64,000 bases of DNA from an uncultured Candidatus Saccharibacteria bacterium (GCA_964513645.1 CAZENF010000001.1:7303-71302); one strand, 5' to 3'. Shown: positions 47,301 to 57,752, numbered from the stretch's first letter. Notes: a model not told the origin generated them from the sequence alone. A program made the numbers and translations.

Positions 47301-49175
47301 TTACAAAATAGATCTTGGGTCTACGTCAATGCTCCAGTCCGAGGGTACAAAGCGGTTTATTTCATCCGGCCTTTGTTCGGGTGATATTTTTAAGATGATG
47401 TTGTTTATATATCTGTTTTTTTCTTTTTCGATGAAAGCCGGGGACGGGCCGATGAGTTTGACTTTATCTTCCGCTTTTTTCTGGTTTATAGCCATTTTTA
47501 ATTTTTCGCTCAATATTCTCGCTTCATAAGCGCCCTTATTTTTATCGTAGGATAGATAAGATAATTTTATCAGTCTGACAAAGGGTGGATAACCAAAAGT
47601 TTTCCTGATGCCCAATTCCTGATCATAGAACCCTTGATAATTCCCAGAACCGATGAAATTTAAGATCCCGCTGGCCGGCTCATAGGTTTGAGCAATCACA
47701 GTTGCCGGTTCAAAATCCAGAAGTTTCTGGAATTGTATCATTAATTGCTCTTCGGCTTTAAAATCAGGTATCGACATCAGACTGTCTATACTTTGAATAC
47801 CGATAAGGTCGAAGCTAAGCTCAAAACGATGACTGAATATCGCCTGCGTAGCAATGCAGATCTCAGGCTGGTTTTCTAATAAATTTTTATCCGAATCAGC
47901 GTCGAAAACAACAACTTTTTTTTGGCTTCCGGTTCTTTGGATGATATCTTCCAAAAATTCTTTTATCTTCTCACTACCTGCGAAACCGGCCGCTTTTAGT
48001 TTATAACTGTGGCAATTAGGACAACTGTCGGGGAATTTATAGGAAGACGAGCAACGACGACAAATAAGCGATTTATCCGGCAAAACATGAACCTTCAAAG
48101 GTACTGCGCACTGGGGACATTTGAAATGAAAACCGCAATTCTGGCAAAGAAGATAACTCGCATATCCTCTCCGACCAGAAAATATTAATATTTTTTTATC
48201 TTCTTTCAATTTTAACTCGATGGCTCCGGCTAATTCTCGGCTAAAAACAGAAAAATTACCACTCTTTATTTCCTGCACCATATCCTCAACCTTGAGTTCA
48301 CTCTTAAAAGGAGATCTTTTGTCCTTTAGGTCAGAGGTGCCGTTTTTTGATAAAAAATAATTTACGATATCGGGAATTTGTGAAATAAAAATGATTTCAG
48401 CCGAATTTATTTCTGAAATTTTGAATACCAACTCCTTGGTATTATATTTAGGAGACATCTCCGATTTATATGCTTCATTAGACGGATCTTCCATTATTAT
48501 CAGACCCAGGTCCAAAAAATTCGCAAAAAGAGCCTGTCGTGTACCGATAATTAGCTGTACCTCACCAGAAGCAATTTTGTTCCAAGCGGCATAGGTCCGG
48601 CCGGCGGGTATTTTACTGTGCAAAATTTCCGTTTTGTAATCTCCGGAAAAATATTGATATATTGTTTCAGCAATAAATATTTCGGGAACAATTATCAGGA
48701 CCTGTTTTTTATCTTTCAATTTTTTCTTCATTTCCGGTTCGATGTTTTTGATAAGATCTTTGGTTCTGGATAATAAAATCATCGGCTTTATACCTTCTTG
48801 TTTTTTGTTTTTAACGGGATAGAATACGAATTCTTTTTTTAAAAAGAAAGGCGGCAGAACAGTCTTAAGACAAAGACCCAGCGGAGCAAAGTAATTTTTA
48901 GAAAGCCAGAGGGCAAGTTTGAACCGGTCATCAGATACAAGAGATGTTTCGTTAATAACCGTCGAGATCTTTTTTAGCTGAAAATTTGAACCTTTCAGAA
49001 CCATTTTCTGCGATTCGACCGGCAAAGAAGAGGCAACGACCCCGTTAATTTTGCGGTTATTCATCAAAATTTCGACGACCGAACCCTTAACCAAGGGCCG
49101 GTCAAAAAAATAGCTCAATATCTGCGGGACCTGCGGTGGAAGATTTGTCAGGGGTATAACCTCGATTATTTCCAT
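47301..49175 (-). CDS. priA: Primosomal protein N' (PriA) homolog with degenerate ATPase motifs
   Basis: N-terminal 3'-binding domain, IIGTRQALF, and the Cys4-Cys4 zinc region (CQNCGFHFKCPQC...CRRCSS...CPNCHS). Where Walker A would be it reads LLSRTKD, not GxxGSGKT. Where DEEH would be it reads IIMEDPS. Confidence 0.8.
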   Translation of the reverse strand: MEIIEVIPLTNLPPQVPQILSYFFDRPLVKGSVVEILMNNRKINGVVASSLPVESQKMVLKGSNFQLKKISTVINETSLVSDDRFKLALWLSKNYFAPLGLCLKTVLPPFFLKKEFVFYPVKNKKQEGIKPMILLSRTKDLIKNIEPEMKKKLKDKKQVLIIVPEIFIAETIYQYFSGDYKTEILHSKIPAGRTYAAWNKIASGEVQLIIGTRQALFANFLDLGLIIMEDPSNEAYKSEMSPKYNTKELVFKISEINSAEIIFISQIPDIVNYFLSKNGTSDLKDKRSPFKSELKVEDMVQEIKSGNFSVFSRELAGAIELKLKEDKKILIFSGRRGYASYLLCQNCGFHFKCPQCAVPLKVHVLPDKSLICRRCSSSYKFPDSCPNCHSYKLKAAGFAGSEKIKEFLEDIIQRTGSQKKVVVFDADSDKNLLENQPEICIATQAIFSHRFELSFDLIGIQSIDSLMSIPDFKAEEQLMIQFQKLLDFEPATVIAQTYEPASGILNFIGSGNYQGFYDQELGIRKTFGYPPFVRLIKLSYLSYDKNKGAYEARILSEKLKMAINQKKAEDKVKLIGPSPAFIEKEKNRYINNIILKISPEQRPDEINRFVPSDWSIDVDPRSIL

Positions 49176-49264
49176 GATTATCTTTCATCTTACAGATTTG
49201 ATAGTTAAAACCAAAATTGACTTTTACTAAAATAAGGTGTATAATTAAGACAAAGGAGTAAGTT

Positions 49265-49609
49265 ATGAGATTTCTATCAGTTCTTTGTCTTCTCTCCATA
49301 ACGACAGGCATCGGCGTATCAGCGGATGAACCGATAAAGCTTCGTCTGGGATCGGCGTTCGATAGCGCCACCGCCAATGCGGCCGTCATTGCCAGGATCG
49401 AGAAAGATCCTGACAACCATAAGCTTCAAGTTGCTTGCATGTCAGAAGATTTTTTTCGTTCAAGTGAAAAAGATCTTGATGGGGAAAACACGCCCTCCGA
49501 GATCCGCTTCGAGTTCAAACTCGACCGTGGAAAATACGAGTGCACAGGCACCCTGACCAGACAGGGTCAGAAGGACCTGGTCGCAACCACAGGTTTCTAC
49601 ATCCGATAG
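49265..49609 (+). CDS. Small secreted protein, unknown function
   Basis: AAGGAG ribosome-binding site. Signal peptide MRFLSVLCLLSITTGIGVSA. Local GC is elevated. Confidence 0.45.
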   Translation: MRFLSVLCLLSITTGIGVSADEPIKLRLGSAFDSATANAAVIARIEKDPDNHKLQVACMSEDFFRSSEKDLDGENTPSEIRFEFKLDRGKYECTGTLTRQGQKDLVATTGFYIR

Positions 49610-49721
49610 GAGAAAAAAGATGGAGACCGAGAACTGGCCCCCACGCGCTTAAACTATAAAAGTTATGGCGTCTGGGGGCTTTCACGTTGTTAAATCCCAA
49701 TTTTTGCTATAAAATCAGGAT

Positions 49722-51065
49722 ATGATACGGACAAGAATTGCACCGAGTCCAACAGGTTTTTTGCACATCGGAACCGCGAGAACGGCTCTTTTTAACTGGC
49801 TCTATGCCAAGAAAAATGGAGGAGAATTTATTCTCCGTATCGAAGATACCGATCTCGAACGTTCAAAACCCGAATATGAAAAAGATATAATCGAAGGTCT
49901 TAAATGGCTTGGTTTGGATTGGCACGGTGAAATTTACCACCAATCGGAACGTCTCGCGATCTACGAAAAATATTTAAAAGAATTGTTAGATTCCGGCAAA
50001 GCATTCTGGTGCAATCATTCAAAAGAAGAACTCGAAGCCGAACAAAAAGAACAGACTTTAAAAAAAGAAGCGCCCAGACATATCTGCGACCACAAGGATA
50101 AGAATTTAAAAAAAGGCCAGATAATCAGATTGAATGTAAACACCAGTTCAAAAGAAAAGATATCCTTTGATGACAAGATACGAGGCACGATCGAATGGGA
50201 AACAGGGCTTTTAGGAGATTTCAGTTTAGCCAAAGACCTAAAAACGCCGCTTTATAATTTTGCGGCAGTAATAGATGACATTGAATTAAAAATAACTGAC
50301 GTGATAAGAGGGGAGGATCATATTTCAAACACTCCCAAACAACTTCTTATCTACCGGGCCCTCGGTGCCCAACCTCCAAAATTTGCCCATTTACCGCTGA
50401 TCCTGGGTTCAGACCGCTCAAAATTATCCAAACGAGATGGAGCAACATCAATTGTGGAATATAAAAAAGATTATTTGCCTGAAGCAATGATAAATTTCAT
50501 GGGATTTTTAGGGTACACATACACCGAAGAAATATTGAGCAAAGATGACATGGCCGGCGAATTTGAATTATCAAAAGTCCACAAATCTGGAGCAATATTT
50601 GATACTAAAAAATTAAATTGGATAAACGCCCAATATATAAAGAACCTCGACGTATCTGAATTTAAAAAATTAACGAACTTGGATGATATTTCTGAAGAAG
50701 CCGTGCCTTTAATAACTGAACGGCTTGAAAAATTGACCGATATCCAAAATTTTAAATATCTATGGGAACAGCCCCCATATGATAAAGATTTACTAAAATG
50801 GGAAAAAACAAATTTAGAAAAATCTTTGGAAACTTTGGCTGAAACAAAAAAAATAATCGAAAATTTTGATTTTGAAAAGGGTAAAGCCGAGCTCCGAAAG
50901 ATTTTAGACGATTTTTCGTCTAAAATAGGGGATAGAGGCCTGGTTTACTGGCCTCTCCGAGTTGCCCTAACCGGTCAGGAAAAGTCGCCCGATCCGGTTG
51001 ATATTGCTTATACTCTGGGTAAAGAAAAAACCCTCGAAAGGGTTATAACGGCGATCACAAATTAA
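49722..51065 (+). CDS. gltX: Glutamate--tRNA ligase
   Basis: RIAPSPTGFLHIG (HIGH) and KLSKRDG (KMSKS). Confidence 0.95.
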   Translation: MIRTRIAPSPTGFLHIGTARTALFNWLYAKKNGGEFILRIEDTDLERSKPEYEKDIIEGLKWLGLDWHGEIYHQSERLAIYEKYLKELLDSGKAFWCNHSKEELEAEQKEQTLKKEAPRHICDHKDKNLKKGQIIRLNVNTSSKEKISFDDKIRGTIEWETGLLGDFSLAKDLKTPLYNFAAVIDDIELKITDVIRGEDHISNTPKQLLIYRALGAQPPKFAHLPLILGSDRSKLSKRDGATSIVEYKKDYLPEAMINFMGFLGYTYTEEILSKDDMAGEFELSKVHKSGAIFDTKKLNWINAQYIKNLDVSEFKKLTNLDDISEEAVPLITERLEKLTDIQNFKYLWEQPPYDKDLLKWEKTNLEKSLETLAETKKIIENFDFEKGKAELRKILDDFSSKIGDRGLVYWPLRVALTGQEKSPDPVDIAYTLGKEKTLERVITAITN

Positions 51066-51507
51066 TAAAAATTAACAAAAAAACCATAAAATTAATAAAA
51101 ACGTGGGAAACAAAAGAGCTTATATAACCGCCCCGTAAGAAGGCCAGAGATAAGATAATACCGGCAGAACCTTGAATGAACAAATGATGCCAAGAACCGT
51201 GACCAAGTCCGAATATTGACGATGATAAAATAATCACCGCCCATAAAATATATTTATTTTCAGTAAAACGTTTAGTTAATTTTATCGGTATAAACCGGAA
51301 TATAAACTCTTCGATAGCTGGGGCAATAATCACCATAACAAAAAACAAAAGTACAGGTAACTTGAAGTCTTCCGGTTCTATAACTTTGGAAGGTTCTGAC
51401 AAGCCCAAATTTGATAAGATCATAAATAACACAGATATTGCAACAGATGTTCCTATCGCTATCCACCCGAACTTAATTCCGATTTTTATCTTGTCTTTTA
51501 AACTCAA
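51055..51507 (-). CDS. CPBP family intramembrane metalloprotease (CAAX protease/Abi-like)
   Basis: EEFIFR (EExxxR), FGLGHGSWHH and four or five TM helices. Confidence 0.7.
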   Translation of the reverse strand: MSLKDKIKIGIKFGWIAIGTSVAISVLFMILSNLGLSEPSKVIEPEDFKLPVLLFFVMVIIAPAIEEFIFRFIPIKLTKRFTENKYILWAVIILSSSIFGLGHGSWHHLFIQGSAGIILSLAFLRGGYISSFVSHVFINFMVFLLIFINL

Positions 51508-51523
51508 ATCTAACTCCTTGTAA

Positions 51524-52834
51524 ATGAACTATTCTCCCAATTACAATATAAAACCATTTAAAAAACAAGTGGCTTTTTTATTTATCTTGTTCTTGGTCAC
51601 CGGTCTTTCCTTAAATGTCATCCGTCCAGCAAATGCTACCGAAATCTCTCCAGCCGACCAGCAGAAAATTGCTGACCTTCAAAAACAAATAGACGCGCTC
51701 CAGAAAGAAGCCGATCAGTACACCGGCAATATCCAAGATGCTCAATCCAAAGCCGTATCCCTAAAGAACGAGATAAGCATTCTTCAGAATCAGATAAGCA
51801 AAATCCAGACCCAGATACAGATGACATCAAAGAATATCGACAAGACCGGGGTTGAGATACAAGGTATAGAAAATAATATTTTTGATACTCAAAAAAATAT
51901 CGATTACAAAAAAACCGCCATCGGGGTAATGCTTAATTCGGTTTATCAGCAGGATGCGGACAGTCTTCTGACATTGCTTTTGAAAAACAGGAACTTGTCG
52001 GACTTCCTGAAACGCAATCAGGAAGTGGCCGATATAAATAATGCTTTGATCGATATCGTTGATACTTTAAAAAAAGACGAGACTGACCTGGAACATAACC
52101 AATCCGACCTCGAGAACAAAAAACAACAGCTCGAAGACCTTAATAAACAGCAGAAGGAACAACAAAGTTCTCTTAACCAAACCAAGACAGGCAAGAACAC
52201 TTTATTAACTGAAACAAAAGGCGAGGAAGCCAAGTACCAAAAAATGCTCAAAGACGTCGAGGCCGAAAAAACATTATTCTTCACCCAATTAAAAGAGATC
52301 GAAACCAAGGTTATTCAAGGTGGATTATATATTCTTCATGTTCAAGCCCAGAATCTTCCCAAAAAAGGAACCAATATTTTCGCCTGGCCGGAAAGCGGCT
52401 ACCATCTGACCCAAAGTTATGGATGTACTTCTTATGCCCGGTGCGGACGCAGTTCCGGGGCTTACGGCGGTTCGCCTCACAACGGAATTGATATGGCGGC
52501 CGGATATGGTTCACCGATTAAAGCTATTGGGGACGGTACGATAATCGCAAACGGCAAAAACGACGGTTGGGGCAACTGGGTCTCCATCCAACACCCACCT
52601 TATAACCTGGTCAGTCTGTACGCCCATATGAGCGCTTTTGAATTTCTCCAGGTCGGAACCCAGGTTAAATCCGGTGAAACCATCGGTTATGAAGGAAACA
52701 CCGGTAACGCCGAAGGTTCTCATCTTCATTTGAGCATCTACAAAGACTTTTTCACTTATATAAAAGATTCCAAAGGCCAACTCTATTTTAATTATTTTGA
52801 AGGAACAATTAATCCTCTGGATTATTTGCCATAG
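51524..52834 (+). CDS. M23 family peptidase with a long N-terminal coiled coil (EnvC-like)
   Basis: Signal/TM helix. About 250 aa of coiled coil. LytM domain with HNGIDMAAGYGSPIKA and HLHLSIY. Confidence 0.8.
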   Translation: MNYSPNYNIKPFKKQVAFLFILFLVTGLSLNVIRPANATEISPADQQKIADLQKQIDALQKEADQYTGNIQDAQSKAVSLKNEISILQNQISKIQTQIQMTSKNIDKTGVEIQGIENNIFDTQKNIDYKKTAIGVMLNSVYQQDADSLLTLLLKNRNLSDFLKRNQEVADINNALIDIVDTLKKDETDLEHNQSDLENKKQQLEDLNKQQKEQQSSLNQTKTGKNTLLTETKGEEAKYQKMLKDVEAEKTLFFTQLKEIETKVIQGGLYILHVQAQNLPKKGTNIFAWPESGYHLTQSYGCTSYARCGRSSGAYGGSPHNGIDMAAGYGSPIKAIGDGTIIANGKNDGWGNWVSIQHPPYNLVSLYAHMSAFEFLQVGTQVKSGETIGYEGNTGNAEGSHLHLSIYKDFFTYIKDSKGQLYFNYFEGTINPLDYLP

Positions 52835-52877
52835 AACCTGGACGGAATTGTGTATTTTTTTGTGTTATACTTAGGAT

Positions 52878-54119
52878 ATGAAAAAAATCCTCGTTTTAGG
52901 CGGAGGATTTGGAGGTATCCGAGTTGCAATTGATCTCAAAAACAACCTCAGAGACCAAGCAGAGATCACGGTTATCGACAAAAACAACTATCATCTTTTT
53001 ATTCCAGCGATCTATGAAGTCGCGTCCGCTTACGGGATAAAAAGAGACCCTTTCGCGATTCAACTTAAAAAAACTGTCTGTTTGCCATATTCAGATATTT
53101 TTGAAGGCCAAAATATTAAATTTATGAATGCGGAGATCGCCAAAGTTGACCTTACTTCCAAAAAAGTCACGACCAATGGGGGACATGCAATGGATTTTGA
53201 TTGTCTGGTTCTATCTTTGGGTTCTGAAACCTCTGATTACAACATCCCCGGTGTAAAAGAATACGCTCATCAGTTTAAATTCCTTGAAGACTCACTCTTC
53301 ATAAACCAGCACTTATCCGAGATCGCCAATCAATTCTCGAACGGCCAAAGAAACGAACCTTTGAATATCCTTGTTTGCGGGGCGGGATTTACGGGAGTTG
53401 AACTGGCCGCAGAACTTGGCTGCTGCATGGATAATATCCGCAAGGCCTGCAAAATGAAAGGCCGCTGCTCTAGTATTACTTTGATCGAGGCCAGCCCACG
53501 GATGCTGCCGATGCTTTCGGAAAAAGAAAGAGGCATGATCAGAAGCCAGCTGACCAAGCTTGGTATCATTATCATGGAAAATTCTCCAATCGAAGAGATA
53601 GGACCGGATTTCATCAAACTTAAAAACGGTCAAAAAATAAAAGGAGACCTGATAATCTGGACGGCCGGCATCAAGGCCAACCGTTTTCTCGGCGCTATTC
53701 CCGGTTTGACCCTGACTCCGGCCGGAAAAGTTATGGTCAACGAAAATCTTTCAGTAAAAAATTATGACAACGTCTTCGCCATCGGCGATAATATGGAGTT
53801 CATCGACCCCAAGACCCAGAAACCCGTTCCGGCTCTGGCTTATGTTGCCATTGCCCAAGGCAAACTTGCCGCGAAAAATATATCTTCATCGGTTCTGGGT
53901 AAAAAACTATCAAAATATAAACCTTCTTATAATGTCTCCATCGTCCCGGTCGGAGGTAAGTTCGCAGTGGCCCATTTTGGCGGTGTTGTTATCGGAGGAT
54001 TCATCGGCTGGATCATCAGGGGCTTAACCGACCTAAGATATTTTATGTCCATCTTGCCTTTTAAAAAAGCGATTAAAGTTTATTGGGATGAAATGACAGT
54101 TTTTACCAGAAATGACTAA
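52878..54119 (+). CDS. ndh: Type II NADH dehydrogenase-like FAD/NAD(P) oxidoreductase
   Basis: Two dinucleotide-binding motifs (VLGGGFGGIRVA; VCGAGFTGVELAAEL). FAIGDN. C-terminal membrane-association segment. Confidence 0.7.
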   Translation: MKKILVLGGGFGGIRVAIDLKNNLRDQAEITVIDKNNYHLFIPAIYEVASAYGIKRDPFAIQLKKTVCLPYSDIFEGQNIKFMNAEIAKVDLTSKKVTTNGGHAMDFDCLVLSLGSETSDYNIPGVKEYAHQFKFLEDSLFINQHLSEIANQFSNGQRNEPLNILVCGAGFTGVELAAELGCCMDNIRKACKMKGRCSSITLIEASPRMLPMLSEKERGMIRSQLTKLGIIIMENSPIEEIGPDFIKLKNGQKIKGDLIIWTAGIKANRFLGAIPGLTLTPAGKVMVNENLSVKNYDNVFAIGDNMEFIDPKTQKPVPALAYVAIAQGKLAAKNISSSVLGKKLSKYKPSYNVSIVPVGGKFAVAHFGGVVIGGFIGWIIRGLTDLRYFMSILPFKKAIKVYWDEMTVFTRND

Positions 54120-54221
54120 AATAGGGGATAGCTGTTAATTATTTTATAACATATTATAATATTTGTGTCAATATTAAAGATTTCGGCGGGGGAGGGGCTG
54201 AAAAATTAATTTAAGCTCTGA

Positions 54222-54626
54222 ATGATAGGATTAATAATAAAATTAATTATTTTTATAACGACCTTAGGATTATTTTCAAACCCTTACTTATCTCTTGCCG
54301 CAAATCTTAACAAATCAATAAATTTATCGGATGTAAATCCAATGCAGGCCTTGAATCAGGCAACGGCGCCACTCAACAACCTCTGGCACGCGATATCGAA
54401 CCGCCTGAACAGTAACGCCCAGGATAATGGTACCCAAGGTATCCCAGGACTCTTAAAATCGAATTTAAACAGCAGTTTCAACCTTCAAGATACGTTCAAT
54501 AGCATGACCTCCGGAGGCATCCTTGGGGTAGTTAAATCAGCTTTTGTTCTGGTGGCAAATATATCTATCGCAGTCCTGGAAGCGGTGATTTCGATATTAA
54601 AGTGGTTATTAGGCCTGTTCAAGTAA
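54222..54626 (+). CDS. Small secreted/membrane protein, unknown function
   Basis: N-terminal signal/TM helix and a C-terminal hydrophobic helix. Terminator AAAACCGG...CCGGTTTTT follows. Confidence 0.4.
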   Translation: MIGLIIKLIIFITTLGLFSNPYLSLAANLNKSINLSDVNPMQALNQATAPLNNLWHAISNRLNSNAQDNGTQGIPGLLKSNLNSSFNLQDTFNSMTSGGILGVVKSAFVLVANISIAVLEAVISILKWLLGLFK

Positions 54627-54804
54627 AACCTGGATTTTTTGAAATATTATACTTCGCATAATCTACATTGTGCGACTATCCATTTAAAACAAAACCGGCC
54701 CTTCCCTATTAAGGACCGGTTTTTAATTGGGTCTTAAAGTTTTACAATATTTCCCCCACCTCACAATATTTACGTTACAATAAATTCGCGCTATTCTCTT
54801 TTAT

Positions 54805-55488
54805 ATGTCCCCACGCCTTATCTTCGATATCGAAACTATCGGAAAAGATTTTGAATCGTTGGATGAAAAATCCAAAGAATTTATTTTGGAATTCGCGGAA
54901 ACTCCCGAAGAAGAAGTGGAAAAAAAAGAGAACCTCGTTTTCTCCCCTCTTACGGGGGAGATAGTCGCTATCGGCATCCTGAATCCCGACACGGACAAGG
55001 GCGCGGTTTATTTCAGAGACGGTACAAATAAACTTCAACGAGAAATGGAAAAAAATATCCAATACGTCCCCTGTGCAACTGAAAAAGAAATTTTAAAAGA
55101 ATTCTGGGACACGGCCCAGCTCTATGACCAGTTCATCACCTTCAGCGGACATAATTTTGATTGCCCATATTTAACAATCCGCTCAGCAATAAATAAAATA
55201 AGACCGACCAAAAAATTAATGGGCTACCGGTTCACCAAGGGTCAAGACCTCCACATTGATCTCTACGACCAACTTACGAATTTCGGAGCCATGAGAGAAG
55301 GACGAAAGAACCTCCATATGTGGTGCCGAGCATTCGGCATTAAAAGTTCCAAATCGGACGGCGTGACCGGAGATAATGTCGGCGAACTGTTTAAAAATAA
55401 AAAATATATTGACATCGCCCGCTATTGTGCAAATGACCTGTTCGCCACCAAAGAACTTTTCGAATATTGGGATAAATATATTAAATAA
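54805..55488 (+). CDS. RNase H-like 3'-5' exonuclease (PolB-exonuclease-like, YprB-like family)
   Basis: Exo motifs LIFDIET (I), FSGHNFDCPYL (II) and YCANDLF (III). Confidence 0.7.
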   Translation: MSPRLIFDIETIGKDFESLDEKSKEFILEFAETPEEEVEKKENLVFSPLTGEIVAIGILNPDTDKGAVYFRDGTNKLQREMEKNIQYVPCATEKEILKEFWDTAQLYDQFITFSGHNFDCPYLTIRSAINKIRPTKKLMGYRFTKGQDLHIDLYDQLTNFGAMREGRKNLHMWCRAFGIKSSKSDGVTGDNVGELFKNKKYIDIARYCANDLFATKELFEYWDKYIK

Positions 55489-55516
55489 GATTATAAAGTA
55501 TTCATAAAAATTTAGA

Positions 55517-55609
55517 ACGCAGCTGGCTTGGCCAAGATTGAGGCAAAGATGAGGACCGGACTGAGCCATAGTATAACTATGGTGAAGGAGGACCGGAATC
55601 TTTAACGAA
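55517..55609 (+). repeat. Copy B of the 93-nt conserved intergenic element, immediately upstream of the Cas4-like nuclease gene
   Basis: See copy A at 887-979. Only the internal palindrome differs: CTTGGCCAAG here, TGAATTCA there. Confidence 0.55.
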
Positions 55610-55613
55610 AATA

Positions 55614-56411
55614 TTGGCCAAGAGCGTATCCGCCCTAATCTTAGGCGGAAGCGACCAGCAAGTTATAATGCAGTGGTTCAAAAACGTACAATCATTTAAA
55701 GATGCCTGCGGCTACGAGATAGACGGGATTTGGTATCCCCGTGTTACCTCCATCGTCGGCATCAAAGCTAAACCGGCTTTGTATATGTTCTATGCTTCCC
55801 TGCCCAGTTACGCCGCCGGCGAGGCGATAAAGGCCAAGTCCGCCGAGGAAGGCACCCTCATTCACGAAACCATCGAAGCAATATTACGCCACGACCCGGT
55901 TGTTATCCCTGAATCAATCAAACCAGCAATTAGCGCTTTTATGGAATTTTATTCTCAGAACGACGTAATAGCCCATAAGATCGAAGAACGGGTCGTTTCA
56001 AAAACACACCACTACGCCGGCACAATGGATGTCTTAGCCGAAGTGAACGGCAAGTTAGGCGTCCTCGACGTTAAAACCTCAATTGCCATCTACCGTGACT
56101 ATTCAATGCAGACCTCGGCCTATATTGAGGCCCTGCGCGAGAATCCCAATATGCCTCCCCTCACCCGCTGGATATTCAGAGTCGACCAATCAAGACCCTG
56201 TCTCAAATGTTCAGCCACTTTGCGTGACAAAGGCGGCCGTGAGAAAATTCGGAATGAAAAACGTAAGTGTGAACATGAATGGGGACCGATGAAAGGAGAA
56301 TACGAGATAAAAGAGATAACCACCTTCCCTGAAGACATCAAAGCCTTCCTCGCCTGCAAAGACCTCTGGGAATGGGAAAATAAATATTGGTTAGATAAGA
56401 TATATAAATAA
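55614..56411 (+). CDS. PD-(D/E)xK nuclease superfamily protein, Cas4/RecB-like with a Cys cluster
   Basis: TTG start. GTMDVLAE ... GVLDVKT gives D...D-x-K. One N-terminal Cys plus C-terminal CLKC...C resemble the Cas4-type Fe-S Cys arrangement. Confidence 0.6.
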   Translation: MAKSVSALILGGSDQQVIMQWFKNVQSFKDACGYEIDGIWYPRVTSIVGIKAKPALYMFYASLPSYAAGEAIKAKSAEEGTLIHETIEAILRHDPVVIPESIKPAISAFMEFYSQNDVIAHKIEERVVSKTHHYAGTMDVLAEVNGKLGVLDVKTSIAIYRDYSMQTSAYIEALRENPNMPPLTRWIFRVDQSRPCLKCSATLRDKGGREKIRNEKRKCEHEWGPMKGEYEIKEITTFPEDIKAFLACKDLWEWENKYWLDKIYK

Positions 56412-56412
56412 A

Positions 56413-56436
56413 AACGGCGTTATGCCGTTTTTTTAC
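56413..56436. terminator. Bidirectional terminator overlapping both stop codons
   Basis: AACGGCGTTATGCCGTTTTTTT. Confidence 0.65.
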
Positions 56437-56749
56437 CGATAAGAAGTAATCCGTTGAAAATTTGGTATAGGTAAGCCTGATGTTCATCTTTAAAAAGTGC
56501 ACCATTCGGGTTTTCACCTTCCTGAGTGATTGTCACAAGCCTGGGTTCACCATGTGAGAAAGACACCGTTTCATAAAAATTAGATTCAGCCGATATCGTG
56601 ATTCTGACATCTCCAGGAGTCTTTACTTTAATATAGTTAGTACTCAGGTCCATTACAGTACAATACCCAGAATAAGCTCTGCTCGGTGGATTGATCATGG
56701 CAACAGTAACCAACTCACCGATATGAAGATTCATGTGTCCCTTCCTCAC
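56420..56749 (-). CDS. Hypothetical small protein (beta-rich, possibly PilZ-like)
   Basis: 109-aa ORF with a terminator downstream. No firm motif. Confidence 0.4.
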   Translation of the reverse strand: MRKGHMNLHIGELVTVAMINPPSRAYSGYCTVMDLSTNYIKVKTPGDVRITISAESNFYETVSFSHGEPRLVTITQEGENPNGALFKDEHQAYLYQIFNGLLLIGKKTA

Positions 56750-56793
56750 AAGAACTACCCATTATCTTACAATAAATCTTAAAAATAGCAAGA

Positions 56794-56857
56794 GCTTCGC
56801 TGTTATCATTTCTCGACCTGCAAAGACATGCTTCGCCGTTGTCATTTCTCGACCTAC
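56794..56857. repeat. Two tandem 28-bp repeats (GCTTCGCYGTTRTCATTTCTCGACCT) separated by 8 bp, upstream of the 56420 gene; partial inverted copy at ~57009-57019
   Basis: Read directly. Only two copies, so not CRISPR. Iteron/operator-like. Confidence 0.6.
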
Positions 56858-57419
56858 TTTTTATCTTCGTGTCTAAATCATCAAATTAACTTCAATTAGA
56901 TCAAAAAATTTGAGCCTCGTCGGAAGACCTCCCCTCAAATTTGTTTGAACGATCTAATTCTCAGCTAATTTAATGATTATAGCCGCTTGAAAAAAGACGG
57001 TCTATGAAATGACAACGGCTCCACGAGTATGAAAAGTGCTTAAAAATATTTTTACGACCTAATACCTCAAGAACTTTTTGGCAGAGCTTGAAAATACTTG
57101 ATATTAATAATTCATTATGGTAAAGTTTTTCAGAAATAAATATGTATTCATTTTTTAATTCGAATCTCTTTATTGGATTAGCAACAATATTCACTGGAGC
57201 AGGTGTTGTTGTTATTTACTTTACTCAGAAAAAAGACCAAAAAGTTCAGGCTGCTCGAGTTTATTAACCGAAATTAGAACAGCTGAAGTAAGAATAGAAG
57301 AAATAAGAGATAAAGTCGTTTCAGGATTAACGTCAGACTTACCATCAGTTTTTCCCACTAAGAGTTGGAAAACATATTCTCATCTTTTTGTAAGCGACTT
57401 CGATCAAGATGAGCTTAAA

Positions 57420-57752
57420 TTGATAAGCGACTTCTATGATTACGGTGAACTAATTGAATATTTCGGTAAACGGAATAAGGATTTTTTCTGGGTTAATACT
57501 GAGGAAAGAGCCAAGATCACACAACATTTTCTTGCTCAGATTATAGATAAAGCTTATGATATGTTGCCACAAAATAGGAATACGTTCATAACAGAAAAAA
57601 GAGATTTTTTTAGTTTTTCTTTTGATAATTTTATTACCCTGTATACTCCAAAGAAAAATGACGACGTTATAAAAGATTATTTAAATAAGGTTAATAAAAT
57701 AACTACATCTAGTTGCGGACTAAAGTTAAAGAAATTAGCAAAATTGAGTTAA
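57420..57752 (+). CDS. Hypothetical protein in a very AT-rich stretch (non-ATG start)
   Basis: ORF-track entry. Lys/Asn/Phe-rich. Probably needs a TTG start. Confidence 0.3.
   Translation: MISDFYDYGELIEYFGKRNKDFFWVNTEERAKITQHFLAQIIDKAYDMLPQNRNTFITEKRDFFSFSFDNFITLYTPKKNDDVIKDYLNKVNKITTSSCGLKLKKLAKLS

Noticed and set aside
56794-56857. Possible CRISPR array
   Set aside because: Only two repeat copies and an 8-bp spacer. No further repeats and no cas genes other than a lone Cas4-like nuclease.
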